Source of the DNA: an uncultured Gemmatimonadaceae bacterium | Lineage (GTDB): Bacteria; Gemmatimonadota; Gemmatimonadetes; Gemmatimonadales; Gemmatimonadaceae | Length of the DNA: 64,000 nt | NCBI GenBank assembly: GCA_963740355.1 | Contig: CAVUDW010000003.1 | Span: 1,632,001 to 1,696,000 of the forward strand | Reading direction: 5' to 3' | Part shown: positions 1-9,942 of the stretch, piece by piece | Layout: the number at the start of each line of letters is the position of its first letter | Numbering within the stretch: the stretch's first letter is position 1 | Program-made: the position numbers and the translations under genes | Notes under the pieces: model-generated | Database searches by the model: none | The model's input: only the letters and a program-made list of their open reading frames with translations | Told to the model about the DNA's origin: nothing

Positions 1-279
1 GGCCTGATTGGCTTCTCGCGCATCGAACTCTGGCAGGCCCTCGGCCTCACCAACTACGGCGCTGGCCATATCCTGCTGGCACTGACGGTGGCGATCTCGC
101 TCATCGGCGTCGTGACGTTCGGGACGCTGGTTGGCGCAATGTTGCCGTTCATGCTGAAGCGGGTTGGCCTCGACCCAGCCAGCGCATCGGCGCCGCTGGT
201 GGCGACGCTGGTCGACGTGACGGGGCTGGTGATCTACTTCACCGTGGCCCTTCTCATGCTCCGCGGCACGTACCTGTGA
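1..279 (+). CDS. mgtE: MgtE magnesium transporter, C-terminal part (truncated by window start)
   Basis: Frame 1 is open from base 1; GAMLPF..KRVGLDPASASAPLVATLVDVTGLVIYF is the typical MgtE C-terminal membrane signature. Confidence 0.9.
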   Translation, partial: GLIGFSRIELWQALGLTNYGAGHILLALTVAISLIGVVTFGTLVGAMLPFMLKRVGLDPASASAPLVATLVDVTGLVIYFTVALLMLRGTYL

Positions 280-1181
280 CATCGCCAGAGGCAGCAGCGG
301 ACACGCCGGCACATCCGCTGCGCGGCACGATCCTGGTCTTGATCAGTGCCGCCTGTTTCGGCACGACGCTGATCTTCACGCAGCGTGGGCTCGACAGCGG
401 CGCCACGCTGACGCAGCTGCTGGCATTCCGCTACGTGTTCGGCTCGATCATGCTCTGCATCGTCGCTGGCGGGTTCGGTGCGGCGATGGCGGTCGGTGAG
501 CGTAAGTGGAAGCTGCTCACCTATGGTGGCCTGGCGCAGACCGCGGTGGCGGGTCTCTCGGTTGCATCGATCCAGTTCATTCCGGCGGCCAGCGTCGCGT
601 TCTTGTTCTACACCTATCCGACGTGGGTGGCGGTCCTGGCCATCGTTCGCCGAACCGAACATGTCGACGCGACGAAGATTGCGGCATTGGCTTTGTCACT
701 GGCGGGCATCGTGACGATCGTCGGCAATCCGCTGGCCACGAAGCTCGATCCACGCGGCATCGCGCTCGCGCTGTCAGCGGCAGTGGTCTATGCGGTGCTG
801 ATTCCCTGGCTGGGAAAGATTCAGCATGGCCTGAAGCCAGCGGCCGCCATGACGTGGATTGCACTCGGTGCAGCGATCTGCTTCCTGATCGGTGCACTCG
901 TCACGCGGACGCCACTCTTTCCGCTGACACAGTCACTGCTGCTGACCGCTGGCGCGCTGGCGCTGATTCCCACCACGCTGGCCTTCACGACTTTCCTTGC
1001 CGGCCTGGCCGCCCTGGGCCCCGTGCGCACCTCGATCGTGAGCACCGTCGAGCCGTTCTGGACCGCGCTACTCGCTGGCCTGGTGCTCGGACAGGATGTC
1101 GGGCCACGCACCTGGATTGGCGGGGCGATGATCGCGGCGGCGATGGTGGTGTTGCAGCGGAAACCAAAGCCCGCTGGCTGA
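276..1181 (+). CDS. EamA/DMT family transporter
   Basis: About 10 hydrophobic segments in two repeats; motifs LFYTYP and SIVSTVEP; GTGA overlap with mgtE stop. Confidence 0.85.
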   Translation: MTSPEAAADTPAHPLRGTILVLISAACFGTTLIFTQRGLDSGATLTQLLAFRYVFGSIMLCIVAGGFGAAMAVGERKWKLLTYGGLAQTAVAGLSVASIQFIPAASVAFLFYTYPTWVAVLAIVRRTEHVDATKIAALALSLAGIVTIVGNPLATKLDPRGIALALSAAVVYAVLIPWLGKIQHGLKPAAAMTWIALGAAICFLIGALVTRTPLFPLTQSLLLTAGALALIPTTLAFTTFLAGLAALGPVRTSIVSTVEPFWTALLAGLVLGQDVGPRTWIGGAMIAAAMVVLQRKPKPAG

Positions 1182-1199
1182 CGCGTTCGCCACGGCGCG

Positions 1200-1955
1200 T
1201 CAGGTGTTATCGACGCGCGGCTTGTTCCGGTTGCGATCGTTGTACGCGAAGATGCCGGCACCGAAGAGTGCGATCGTCGCGAAGCTGAACCACTGCACCG
1301 CGTAACTCTTGTGCGGGCCCTCATCCGGCGCCGGCGGCAGCAGGCGCGGCGGGATGTTGGCCTTCGGCGATGTGTCGCCGAGTTGCACGAGCTGCACGCG
1401 GGCGATCGGGTACGGCATTCCCTTCTGCACTGCGTCGAAGTCCAGGGTGCGCATCATCTTCGCGCTGACCACACCAGCGGCATTGGCAATCGGCGTGCTG
1501 GCGGGCAGTGCGAACGCGAGCACGCTGGCGGTGTCGGGCTCCCGCCACTTCGCCTGATCGACATCCTTGCCATCAGGCGAGTACACCCAGCCACGGTTGA
1601 CGAGGTACGCGGTGTCGCGGCCGGCGATGCGCAGCGGCGTGAGCAGGTTCACCCCTGGTGAGCCACCGCGAATGCGCTGCGTGATGACGACTTCGTTGGC
1701 ATAGTCGAACACGCCGGTGAGCTGGACACGCCGGTATCGCATCGCCGCACTGTCGCGGGGTAGCGACTCGATCGGCACCGGTGGGGCCGAGTAGTGCGCC
1801 GCGACTTCGGCATTCAGCGCGCGGCGCCATGCGAGGCGATCGAGTTGCCAGAAGCCAAGGCGGATGAAAAGCGCTGCCAGCGCCACTGCGATCACCACGA
1901 ACACGATCACCCGCGGTCGTACCCCGGCGGCTGCAGGTACTGCGTCGTCAGCCAC
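1200..1955 (-). CDS. SURF1 family protein
   Basis: Motifs LGFWQLDR, LLTPL, LVNRGWV and H.SYAVQWF. Confidence 0.9.
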   Translation of the reverse strand: MADDAVPAAAGVRPRVIVFVVIAVALAALFIRLGFWQLDRLAWRRALNAEVAAHYSAPPVPIESLPRDSAAMRYRRVQLTGVFDYANEVVITQRIRGGSPGVNLLTPLRIAGRDTAYLVNRGWVYSPDGKDVDQAKWREPDTASVLAFALPASTPIANAAGVVSAKMMRTLDFDAVQKGMPYPIARVQLVQLGDTSPKANIPPRLLPPAPDEGPHKSYAVQWFSFATIALFGAGIFAYNDRNRNKPRVDNT

Positions 1956-1962
1956 GGAGGAT

Positions 1963-2775
1963 CTAGAAGAGTGTCATCTGTTCGCCCAGCTGGTCCGGTG
2001 TCACCGGGACCTGGCCGAGCAGGCGCTGCAGCTGTCGCACACTTTCCGGGCTATGACCGGAGAAGTGGTTGTTCACGAATCCGTAGATGGTCTTCACCCG
2101 CGTCTGGAGCCCCTTGATCGCGGTGGCCCACGCATTGAGCTCACGGGTCCGATCGACCTGGATGTGGCTGTAGTCGGTGAAGTCCCGGTTCGGCCCCATC
2201 CAGCGGAGGTACGCCGTGGGTGACGTCGGCGACTCGGCCAGCGCGAGCATCTGCTTTCGGGGGATCCAGCGTGCGTCGGTGAGCGTGAGGGCGACCTTGT
2301 ACTCCTTGAGGAGTGCGAGGACGCCGTCGTGGATCCAGCCGCGCTGGCGGAACTCGATCGCGAATGGGATTTCCTTGGTCGGCAGCGTCGGCAGGAATGC
2401 GGCCAGCGCAGGAAGTTCAGTGGGCGAAAAATCCGGCCCGAGCTGAATCAGGATGATGCCCAGCTTGTTCTCGAGTTCACGGGCGCGGTCGAGGAACAGG
2501 TTGGTGAGGTCACCCGATTCACGCAGTCGGTTGTCGTGCGTGATCTCTTGCGGGAGCTTGAGGGCGAACTTGAAGCCCTCGGGGACCTTGTTGGCCCAAC
2601 CGCGCACGCTGCGGACTGACGGAATGGCGTAAAAGGTCGAGTCGATCTCAACCGTGGAGAACGCGCGGGAATACACGCCGAGGTAGTCGGGCGCTTTCGT
2701 ACCGAGCGGATAGAACGCGCCGACCCATGCGTCGTAATTCCAGCCCTGTGTGCCGAGCCGGATCGTGGCTGCCAT
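1963..2775 (-). CDS. DUF72 family protein
   Basis: Motifs GTQGW, TVEIDSTFY, FALKLPQEITH, AIEFR and FVNNH. Confidence 0.9.
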   Translation of the reverse strand: MAATIRLGTQGWNYDAWVGAFYPLGTKAPDYLGVYSRAFSTVEIDSTFYAIPSVRSVRGWANKVPEGFKFALKLPQEITHDNRLRESGDLTNLFLDRARELENKLGIILIQLGPDFSPTELPALAAFLPTLPTKEIPFAIEFRQRGWIHDGVLALLKEYKVALTLTDARWIPRKQMLALAESPTSPTAYLRWMGPNRDFTDYSHIQVDRTRELNAWATAIKGLQTRVKTIYGFVNNHFSGHSPESVRQLQRLLGQVPVTPDQLGEQMTLF

Positions 2776-2887
2776 CCTCCAAAGGTCGCAGGCGGGGGAA
2801 GAGGGGCCAAGGGGCGACGGCGATCGAGTCTCAAGCTCCGTGAGGTTGCTCGATTTCTTGCGCCATCATAGAGCCACCAACTAATCA

Positions 2888-4381
2888 CTATCTGTACGTT
2901 TCGAAGAACCCGACCCCGTCGCCACCAATCGCACGGCCCGAAATCCGGCCCCCCAGGTGAGCCCGGCCTTTCATCTGCAGGAACCAGGGCGTGGCGAGCT
3001 GCCGAGCATAGACCCCTTCGCCGCGCTCGATCAGCCCGGAGCGGGTGTCGGAAGCCACCGCGTCATCGATCGTCAGCCGAAGATCGAGCGTGTCGGTGCC
3101 ACGGACGTCGAACAGCCGCGCCGTCGACGGGCCGCGACCCGGACCTGCGACGCGACGCGCGTCATCGTAGAGGATCTCGCGCGGACGAAACACGGCGCGA
3201 AAGCCAAGTGAATCAACGACATACACAAACAACGGGGCTTCCGTGGCACCGGATGATGCCGGCGGACGCACTCGCCCGTACAGAATGGTGTAGCTGCCCG
3301 CGCGCGCCGCTCCCCAGTCCCAAGTCACACCCTGCCATGTGCCCCAATTGTGGTCATGGTAGGCCTGTGCTGCCGCGAACTGTTCACATCGTGTCGCGAT
3401 GCAGATCGAGCCAGTCGCCGCCGCGCGCAGTCCGAGCACAGCGTAGCCCGATGGTGTGTCACCGGACATCAGGTTCGCACCCGGGAAATACGCGCGCGCT
3501 GCCGGCGTGATCGCGAGCGTGAGGCGAAGCATCTCTCCGCTCCCGTCTTCCGCCTTCGCCATTCCGCTGATCGCGTAGTGCCCGTCGCTTTCCACCTGCA
3601 CGCGACCCACGTCACCGAACTGCAGGTTGGCGTCGCGGGTGCTGAACCTGACCTGCTGTTTCGGCACGGACATCGAGAAGCGCCGCGCCGGCCGCCCGGT
3701 TTCGTGCGCCGTCACGAGCACCTGAGCGCCCCACTGCCCCGCCGGCACCGCGCCACCAACGATGTAGGTGATGAAGAACCACCGGTTCGCGTCGGGCGAC
3801 AACACGTTGAAGTAGTGCCATTCGCCCCAGCTTTCCGGTGTGACCGCATCCGACGGCAAGAGGTGGAAGTGGTCCGCGTCATGGCGCAGTGCGACCAGCG
3901 ATGGGTTCGCCCAGCGTCGATCGCCGGCATCGTCGACCCAGGCGCCGGCCGCGAGGGGAGCGGGCGCGCCGACATTTCGCGTCGCACCGGGAATTTCTCC
4001 CGCTGCGCGCACCGGCACTTCGCGCCCATCGCCCAGCGTGACATAGAGGAGTTTCGACTCGATCTGTGGCGCCACGGCGCTGACCACACCGGCCTGACGC
4101 GGCGACGCCAGCAGCTGCTGGTAGAGGAATCGTGCGTTCGCAATCGAGAAGAACATCCCGCCGACACCGCCAGTCTTCATCACTTCGACGTCGAGCCCTT
4201 CCGGCAATACCGTCACGTCGCCGCCACCGACGAGCTTTTCGTCGCTGGCCTGCGCAATCATCGCATCACCCACCGAGAGCAGCACGATCATCACGGCCAC
4301 GCCCAGTCCGTACCCGGCCAACAGGAACAGCGTCCGCAATTTCCGGAAACCGAGATTGCGCAGCGCCAGCCGCCAGATCAC
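2888..4381 (-). CDS. Fusion of MacB/FtsX-type permease N-terminal half (TM1 plus start of periplasmic domain) with an AttH/CrtC-like lipocalin-fold domain
   Basis: N-terminus MIWRLALRNL..RKLRTL..GLGVAV is typical of MacB-type permeases; C-terminal EWHYF and YHDHNWG..WDW motifs resemble AttH/CrtC; no C-terminal FtsX helices. Confidence 0.65.
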   Translation of the reverse strand: MIWRLALRNLGFRKLRTLFLLAGYGLGVAVMIVLLSVGDAMIAQASDEKLVGGGDVTVLPEGLDVEVMKTGGVGGMFFSIANARFLYQQLLASPRQAGVVSAVAPQIESKLLYVTLGDGREVPVRAAGEIPGATRNVGAPAPLAAGAWVDDAGDRRWANPSLVALRHDADHFHLLPSDAVTPESWGEWHYFNVLSPDANRWFFITYIVGGAVPAGQWGAQVLVTAHETGRPARRFSMSVPKQQVRFSTRDANLQFGDVGRVQVESDGHYAISGMAKAEDGSGEMLRLTLAITPAARAYFPGANLMSGDTPSGYAVLGLRAAATGSICIATRCEQFAAAQAYHDHNWGTWQGVTWDWGAARAGSYTILYGRVRPPASSGATEAPLFVYVVDSLGFRAVFRPREILYDDARRVAGPGRGPSTARLFDVRGTDTLDLRLTIDDAVASDTRSGLIERGEGVYARQLATPWFLQMKGRAHLGGRISGRAIGGDGVGFFETYR

Positions 4382-5061
4382 GCCGTCACCTCGGCCACGA
4401 TCGCGCCATCGCGCATCTGGATCCTGCGACCGGCCGCCGCCGCCATCTGCGCGTCGTGTGTCACCACGATGATCGTCGTGCCATCGCGATTGAGTCGGCG
4501 AAAGAGGTCGATCATCTCGGTGCCGGTGGCGGCGTCGAGCTCACCGGTGGGCTCGTCCGCCAGCAGCAGCGCGGGCCGGTTCGCCAGTGCGCGTGCAATC
4601 GCGACTCGCTGCTGCTCACCGCCGCTCAACTGTGATGGGCGATGGTCGGCGCGTCCCGCCAATCCCACATACCCAAGCAGTTCCTTCACGCGCGCGCGGC
4701 GTTCCTCTCGCGGCACCTTCGCCTCGGCCATCGGCAGTTCGACATTCTCGGCCGCGTTCAGCGCCGGCATCAGGTAGAAGCGCTGGAATACGAACCCGAT
4801 GCGGCGGAGACGAAACGCGGTGGCGGACGCATCACTCAGCCGGTCGATCCGTTCGCCGGCGATGGTGAGTGAGCCGGCGTCGGGCGTGTCGACGGCACCG
4901 AGCAGATTGAGGAGGGTGCTCTTGCCGCACCCGGATGGCCCGACGATCGCCACCCATTCGCCGTCCTCGATGTCGAAACTGACGCCACGCAAGGCATGCA
5001 CTGCCCCGCTGCCCATGGTGTAATCACGAGCGAGCTCACGCACCTGCACGAGGGCGGTCAC
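4378..5061 (-). CDS. ABC transporter ATP-binding protein (LolD/MacB-like)
   Basis: Walker A GPSGCGKST, signature LSGGEQQRVAIARAL, Walker B LLLADEPTG and VVTHD; GTG start at 5061 overlaps the upstream stop. Confidence 0.95.
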   Translation of the reverse strand: MTALVQVRELARDYTMGSGAVHALRGVSFDIEDGEWVAIVGPSGCGKSTLLNLLGAVDTPDAGSLTIAGERIDRLSDASATAFRLRRIGFVFQRFYLMPALNAAENVELPMAEAKVPREERRARVKELLGYVGLAGRADHRPSQLSGGEQQRVAIARALANRPALLLADEPTGELDAATGTEMIDLFRRLNRDGTTIIVVTHDAQMAAAAGRRIQMRDGAIVAEVTA

Positions 5062-6246
5062 GCGACCGCCTCGCGTCGAAGGGTGCCGGCGATCGGCAGC
5101 GAGGCTGCCCGCCACGCGGGATAGATCCCGGCCAGGACACCGGCCATCGCGAGCATGCCGAGCGCGATGCCGGCGTCTCGTGGCTGAAAGACAAAGAATC
5201 GGAAAGTCGCGGGCATGCCAGGAAAGTCAGCGAGAATACGTTCGAGCCACTGGGCCGTCACGAGGCCGATCAGGAGACCGGAGACTGCGCCAATCCCACT
5301 CAGCACCAGTCCTTCCGTCACCACTTGAAGAATGATGCTGCGCTTGGCGATGCCGATCGCACGCAACACCGCGATTTCACCAGCACGCTCGTTGACACCG
5401 ATCGTGATCAAGGTCGTGACCAGCAAAATGCCGACTGCAAGCGAGATGCTGCCCAGAACCAAGGCCAGTTGACGGAAGTAGGCGAGACGCTGCTCCACCT
5501 GTGCGGTCGCCCCCTCGAGTGAAATCGCCGATACACGCGCGCTGACTTTCTGGATGCGACTGCGCACGTCCTCCGCGTCAACCCCCGGTGCAGCCTTCAC
5601 CATCAGGAGCGAGATACGATCGCGGCGCGCCGTGCCGCCCATCGCCTGCAAGACCGGCAGCTTCATGGCGATCGTGGGCTGCGTGGTGGCGGTGTAAAAG
5701 AACCGACCGACGCCACTGATGATGAACGTCCGCTGGCCCAGCACGGTGCGCAGTTGTGGATCGTACCCGACCGCGAGCGTGACGCTGTCACCGATCACAT
5801 GCGCCGTGGCTGCAAGCCAACGTTCATTGACGACGATGTTCGTGCTGTCAGTCAGGTCACGACCGCGCAGTAGTTCGTAGTCGCCCTGCACTGCCGGATT
5901 GATGCCAAGTGTGAAGGCGGTGATCGTCGTGTCACGCACCGTCGTCTGCGCCTGCGCGCCCAGCACCGGGCTGATCGCGCTCACCCCCTGCAAGGTCGCG
6001 AATCGACTGCATCAGCGCACTGGCACTGTCGATGGTCGCATCACTGTCGAAGGGCAGCGTGCCCTTCGGCGCCACGCGCAACTGGTATCCCCGGACCAGC
6101 AGGAATCCCTGAAAATTCTCTCGCATACCCGAGGCGAGCATCACCATGTCGAGCAATAGCGCCGCCGACACCGCGATGCCCAGCAGTGCCAGCATGGTGC
6201 GCGCTGGATGCCGAAAGAGTGCGAGGACGGCGAGACGGAATGGCAT
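5058..6246 (-). pseudogene. FtsX/MacB-type ABC permease, frameshifted near 5995-6003 (true pseudogene or sequencing error)
   Basis: N-terminus MPFRLAVLALFRHPARTMLALLGIAV is in ORF 5932..6303 and the remainder LQGVSAISP...ERAGEIAVLRAIG is in ORF 5058..5993; deleting one base in (minus) TCGATTCGCGACC joins them. Confidence 0.75.
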
Positions 6247-7118
6247 CAGCGTCCCAGCAGCGCGAGCGGCGGCACACCAACGAGGCGGCGCGCCGCCAGC
6301 CATCCGACCACGACACCCAGCACCACCGAGAGGCCACAGGCGAAGAGCACTGTTTCGGTGGTAACAAGCGTGAAGGCCAGCGTGGTGCGATGCACGCCCT
6401 GAAAATGCCAGTTCACCAGGCGCGCCACGATGATGCCGAACACCACACCGGCCATCGATCCAAGCAACGCGATGATGCCCGCTTCCAGTACCACGGAACG
6501 AACGATGGTGCTGGCCGAGATCCCCATCATGCGCAACGCCGCCACATCCCGACGGCGTTCATCGATCTTGAGCAGCAGGATGCAGAGCAGGAAGGCGGCG
6601 CTGGCGACGATCGTGATCACGCCGATCGCGCGGTGGAATCGGCGGACGACCTGGAAGGTGCTGCTGGTGCGCACTGCGATGTCTGCGCTGGGCCAGGCAC
6701 GAAAGCCGAACGCCGCATCGTTGATCGTGGCGAGCAACGAGGCGCGCGCCGAGTCGCCGGTGGTGCGAATTGCAAAGCGATCGACCCGATCGCCGTAGCC
6801 GATCAGGCGTTGCAACTGGTCGAGATGGACGCGTGCACGATACTCCGACCGCGCGATCTCGCTGGGATCGGCGCGCCGCGCCAGCAATGCCGACACGACC
6901 GCGCGCTCGGCGCCAGTGTCACCAGGGACGGCAGATATTCGCACCGTGTCCCCGATCCGCAGTCCAGCATCCGACGCCAGTCGGGCATCGAGCGCGATGC
7001 TGCGGACCTCCGTCGGCCGGGTCGGCGCAGAGTCAATCGTCTGGGCGAGCAGTGAATCCGGGGACGTCATGCCAAACAACAGCAACGCGCCAGCACCGGC
7101 GCCGAACCATGCGCGCAT
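6246..7118 (-). CDS. FtsX-like ABC permease lacking the N-terminal half (signal-like N-terminus, distal periplasmic domain, three C-terminal TMs)
   Basis: IALDARLASDAGLRIGDTV periplasmic motif and ERRRDVAALRMMG FtsX motif; TGATG coupling to the next gene. Confidence 0.8.
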   Translation of the reverse strand: MRAWFGAGAGALLLFGMTSPDSLLAQTIDSAPTRPTEVRSIALDARLASDAGLRIGDTVRISAVPGDTGAERAVVSALLARRADPSEIARSEYRARVHLDQLQRLIGYGDRVDRFAIRTTGDSARASLLATINDAAFGFRAWPSADIAVRTSSTFQVVRRFHRAIGVITIVASAAFLLCILLLKIDERRRDVAALRMMGISASTIVRSVVLEAGIIALLGSMAGVVFGIIVARLVNWHFQGVHRTTLAFTLVTTETVLFACGLSVVLGVVVGWLAARRLVGVPPLALLGR

Positions 7119-7828
7119 CAGGCGCTGAGAGCGATTCGGACAGCGCGCGCGGCGGTGGGACCGATCTGGCGCATCGACGTCCCGACCATCACATCGATCG
7201 GGCCATCGTATGGCGCACGCGTGTGGACTTGTACCATGGCACCAGGTCGCAATTCGAGGTCACCGAGATAACGCAGCATGACAGGATCCTTGTCGCTAAC
7301 GCTCATCACGGTGCCGCGGGTGCCAAGCGGCCAGTCGGCGAGGGTCATGTGGCGCGTTTCGTCGACGACGCCGTCGCGCGTCGGGATCGGTGCGCCATGT
7401 GGATCGAACCGTGGATCACCGAGTGCGTGCGCCATCCGGTCGATCAGCGCGTCGGAAGCCGCATGTTCGAGTTGTTCAGCTTCCGCGTGCACATCGTCCC
7501 ATGGCACGCCGAGCACCGTGGCGAGATAACTCTCGAGCACGCGATGACGGCGCAGGGTGCGCAGCGCGGCGATGCGGCCCGCCGCCGTGAGACGGGCACC
7601 GCGATACGGCTCGTGCTCCAGCAATCCCTGCGCGGCCAGTCGTCGCACCATGCCGCTCACGCTGGCGGGAGCCAACTCGAGCCGTTCAGCGAGCGCATTC
7701 GTGGTGGCCGCGTCTCCGCCCTGCTGGATGTCGTAAATCGCCTTCAGGTAGTCCTCGACCGGCGCCGTCAGCGTCAGCGCGGGTGAGTCCATCGGTGCAT
7801 CCACCGGCGTGCGACGCGGCGCACTCAC
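7118..7828 (-). CDS. mntR: DtxR/MntR family metal-dependent repressor with FeoA domain
   Basis: Motifs EDYLKAIY, RRHRVLE.YL, HAEAEQLEH and DPHGAPIP; C-terminal FeoA-like segment. Confidence 0.9.
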   Translation of the reverse strand: MSAPRRTPVDAPMDSPALTLTAPVEDYLKAIYDIQQGGDAATTNALAERLELAPASVSGMVRRLAAQGLLEHEPYRGARLTAAGRIAALRTLRRHRVLESYLATVLGVPWDDVHAEAEQLEHAASDALIDRMAHALGDPRFDPHGAPIPTRDGVVDETRHMTLADWPLGTRGTVMSVSDKDPVMLRYLGDLELRPGAMVQVHTRAPYDGPIDVMVGTSMRQIGPTAARAVRIALSA

Positions 7829-8313
7829 TTGGTGGTCTCCGGGCCACGCGGTTGTGGCGTGGCCGAGCGGGATGCCGGTGTGCCGGCCGTCCCACGGACC
7901 AGCAGCACCGGAACCAGGCAGCGATGACGCACCTGGTTGGCGACGCTGCCGCGAACGACATCGTTGAGAAAGCCATGACCGTGCGTTGCCATCGCGATCA
8001 GGTCGCAGGCTTCGCGTTCGGCTGCAGCGCAGATCTCCGCCGCAGGATCGCCTGAGGCCAGGACAGCGTCCACATCGAGCACCGTGGTTGCGAGATCGGC
8101 CGCACAGCGGTCGAGGTAGGCCCGGTCGGCGCGCATCTCATCGGACTCCCGCAGCTTCAGCGCGTGCAGGTTGCGGGCGGCAAAACCGTCGGCCACATGA
8201 ATCAGTGTCACCTTCGACTGACACAGCGTGGCCAGCGTCCGCACATGACGCAGGATCGCCTCGTCATACGGCGAATTCTCGAGTGGCACGAGCACGTGGC
8301 GATACATGGTCAT
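7825..8313 (-). CDS. Universal stress protein (UspA family)
   Basis: MYRHVLVPL...[11 protein letters not shown]...GSVA..V....VPVLLVR; ATG at 8313 overlaps the mntH stop. Confidence 0.9.
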   Translation of the reverse strand: MTMYRHVLVPLENSPYDEAILRHVRTLATLCQSKVTLIHVADGFAARNLHALKLRESDEMRADRAYLDRCAADLATTVLDVDAVLASGDPAAEICAAAEREACDLIAMATHGHGFLNDVVRGSVANQVRHRCLVPVLLVRGTAGTPASRSATPQPRGPETTK

Positions 8314-9710
8314 CGCATCCATTGGCGAGCCACCTGAAACAGCAACCAGGCGTTGAGCGATGCGATCACCACGGCGATGCTCCAGGCAAGCACAGTCAAC
8401 CAGCGGGCATTCACGAACTCGCCCATCTTGGCGCGATCCGACGTGAACGACACCAGCGGAAAGACTGCGAAGGAAAGCTGCAGGCTGAGGATCACCTGAC
8501 TGAGGACGAGGAGCTGCGCCGTACCACTGGCGCCGTACAAGATACTGACCACGACCGCCGGGACAATCGCAATCGCGCGAGTGATCAGGCGGCGCACCCA
8601 CGGTTGCAGGCGCAGGTTGAGGAACCCTTCCATGACGATCTGGCCAGCCAGCGTGCCCGTCAACGTCGAGTTCTGGCCCGAGGCGAGCAGGGCCAGCGCG
8701 AAGACCGTGCTGGCGCCAGCGCCCAGCAGCGGCGTGAGCAGCTTCCACGCATCCTGGATTTCAGCGACCCCCGTGTTGCCGGAGGTGTGGAAGGTCGCTG
8801 CCGCCACGATCAGGATCGCTGCATTGATGCAGAGCGCGAAGGTGAGGGCGATGGTCGAATCGGCAAACGCATATTTCACGGCTTCGCGCTTGCCCTCGGC
8901 CGTTTCCTCGTACTTCCGCGTCTGCACGATGCTCGAGTGCAGGTAGAGGTTGTGCGGCATGACCGTCGCACCGAGAATGCCGATCGCGATGTAGAGCATG
9001 TTCGGATTGCTCGCGATCTCTGGCCCCGGGATAAATCCGCGCAGCACACCACCGATGTCGGGGCGGGCGATGATCAGCTCGAACAGGAAGCAGACGCCAA
9101 CCACCGCCACCAGCGCGATCACCATCGCTTCCAGCAGCCGGAATCCCTTCCCCTGCAGCCAGAGCACGACCAGCACGTCGAGTGCGGTGAGCGTGACGCC
9201 GAGCGGAAGCGGGATGTTGAAGAGCAGTTGCAGGGCGATGGCGGTGCCGATCACCTCGGCGAGATCGCAGGCGGCGATTGCCAGTTCCGCGATGATCCAG
9301 AGCGCGAACGACATGCGCTTCGGGTAGGCGTCGCGGCACGCCTGTGCGAGATCGCGCCCCGTGACGATGCCGAGTTTCGAGGCGAGCCCCTGCAGGAGCA
9401 CCGCCATCAGGTTGCTGATCAGGATGACGTAGAGCAGCGTGTAGCCGAACTGCGCGCCGCCGGCGAGGTCGGTGGCCCAGTTGCCCGGGTCCATGTAGCC
9501 GACCGCGACCAGGTAGCCAGGTCCACCGAAGGAGAGGAGCTTCCGGAACCAGTTGCCTCGGCTGACCGGCACCGACCGGTACGCTTCGGCGAGGGACGGC
9601 GCCTCACGGGTCCGCCGCCAGCCGGGGATACTGCCCGCAACGGGGTTTCCCTCCTCAGGATCAGGGGGGATGAACGGCGGCTCGGTCGGGGTACGGCTGG
9701 GCAGGGTCAT
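8310..9710 (-). CDS. mntH: Nramp family divalent metal (Mn2+) transporter
   Basis: Nramp motifs GYMDPGNW and [13 protein letters not shown]. Confidence 0.95.
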   Translation of the reverse strand: MTLPSRTPTEPPFIPPDPEEGNPVAGSIPGWRRTREAPSLAEAYRSVPVSRGNWFRKLLSFGGPGYLVAVGYMDPGNWATDLAGGAQFGYTLLYVILISNLMAVLLQGLASKLGIVTGRDLAQACRDAYPKRMSFALWIIAELAIAACDLAEVIGTAIALQLLFNIPLPLGVTLTALDVLVVLWLQGKGFRLLEAMVIALVAVVGVCFLFELIIARPDIGGVLRGFIPGPEIASNPNMLYIAIGILGATVMPHNLYLHSSIVQTRKYEETAEGKREAVKYAFADSTIALTFALCINAAILIVAAATFHTSGNTGVAEIQDAWKLLTPLLGAGASTVFALALLASGQNSTLTGTLAGQIVMEGFLNLRLQPWVRRLITRAIAIVPAVVVSILYGASGTAQLLVLSQVILSLQLSFAVFPLVSFTSDRAKMGEFVNARWLTVLAWSIAVVIASLNAWLLFQVARQWMR

Positions 9711-9726
9711 GGCTGGCCGAATAGGA

Positions 9727-9746
9727 AATTTCGTCTCTCCGAAATT
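9727..9746. promoter_or_regulatory. Putative MntR/DtxR operator
   Basis: Perfect palindrome AATTTCG-N6-CGAAATT in an AT-rich patch 17 bp upstream of the mntH start. Confidence 0.7.
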
Positions 9747-9942
9747 ATATCGGCAGGTCGGGAGGACAAGTCAAGCCGGCGCCGATCGGGGCCATCCGTT
9801 TGCGGGACGGCATCGCGATGTTCCTGATATGCCACAGCTCGGCTTAACGTCGAGACTGGCACGGAGTCTGCCTTGTGTCTCCCCGACGCGACCACGGTCG
9901 CGCCTCGATCATGACCAACTCCGCTGACACAGGACCTGACCA

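Noticed and set aside
1200..1955. Cytochrome oxidase operon around SURF1
   Set aside because: No cox or cyo genes in the window
7986..9827. Long antisense ORFs (also 3350..4777, 37864..39894, 46157..47839, 60803..62206)
   Set aside because: Shadow frames of well-supported opposite-strand genes, expected in high-GC DNA
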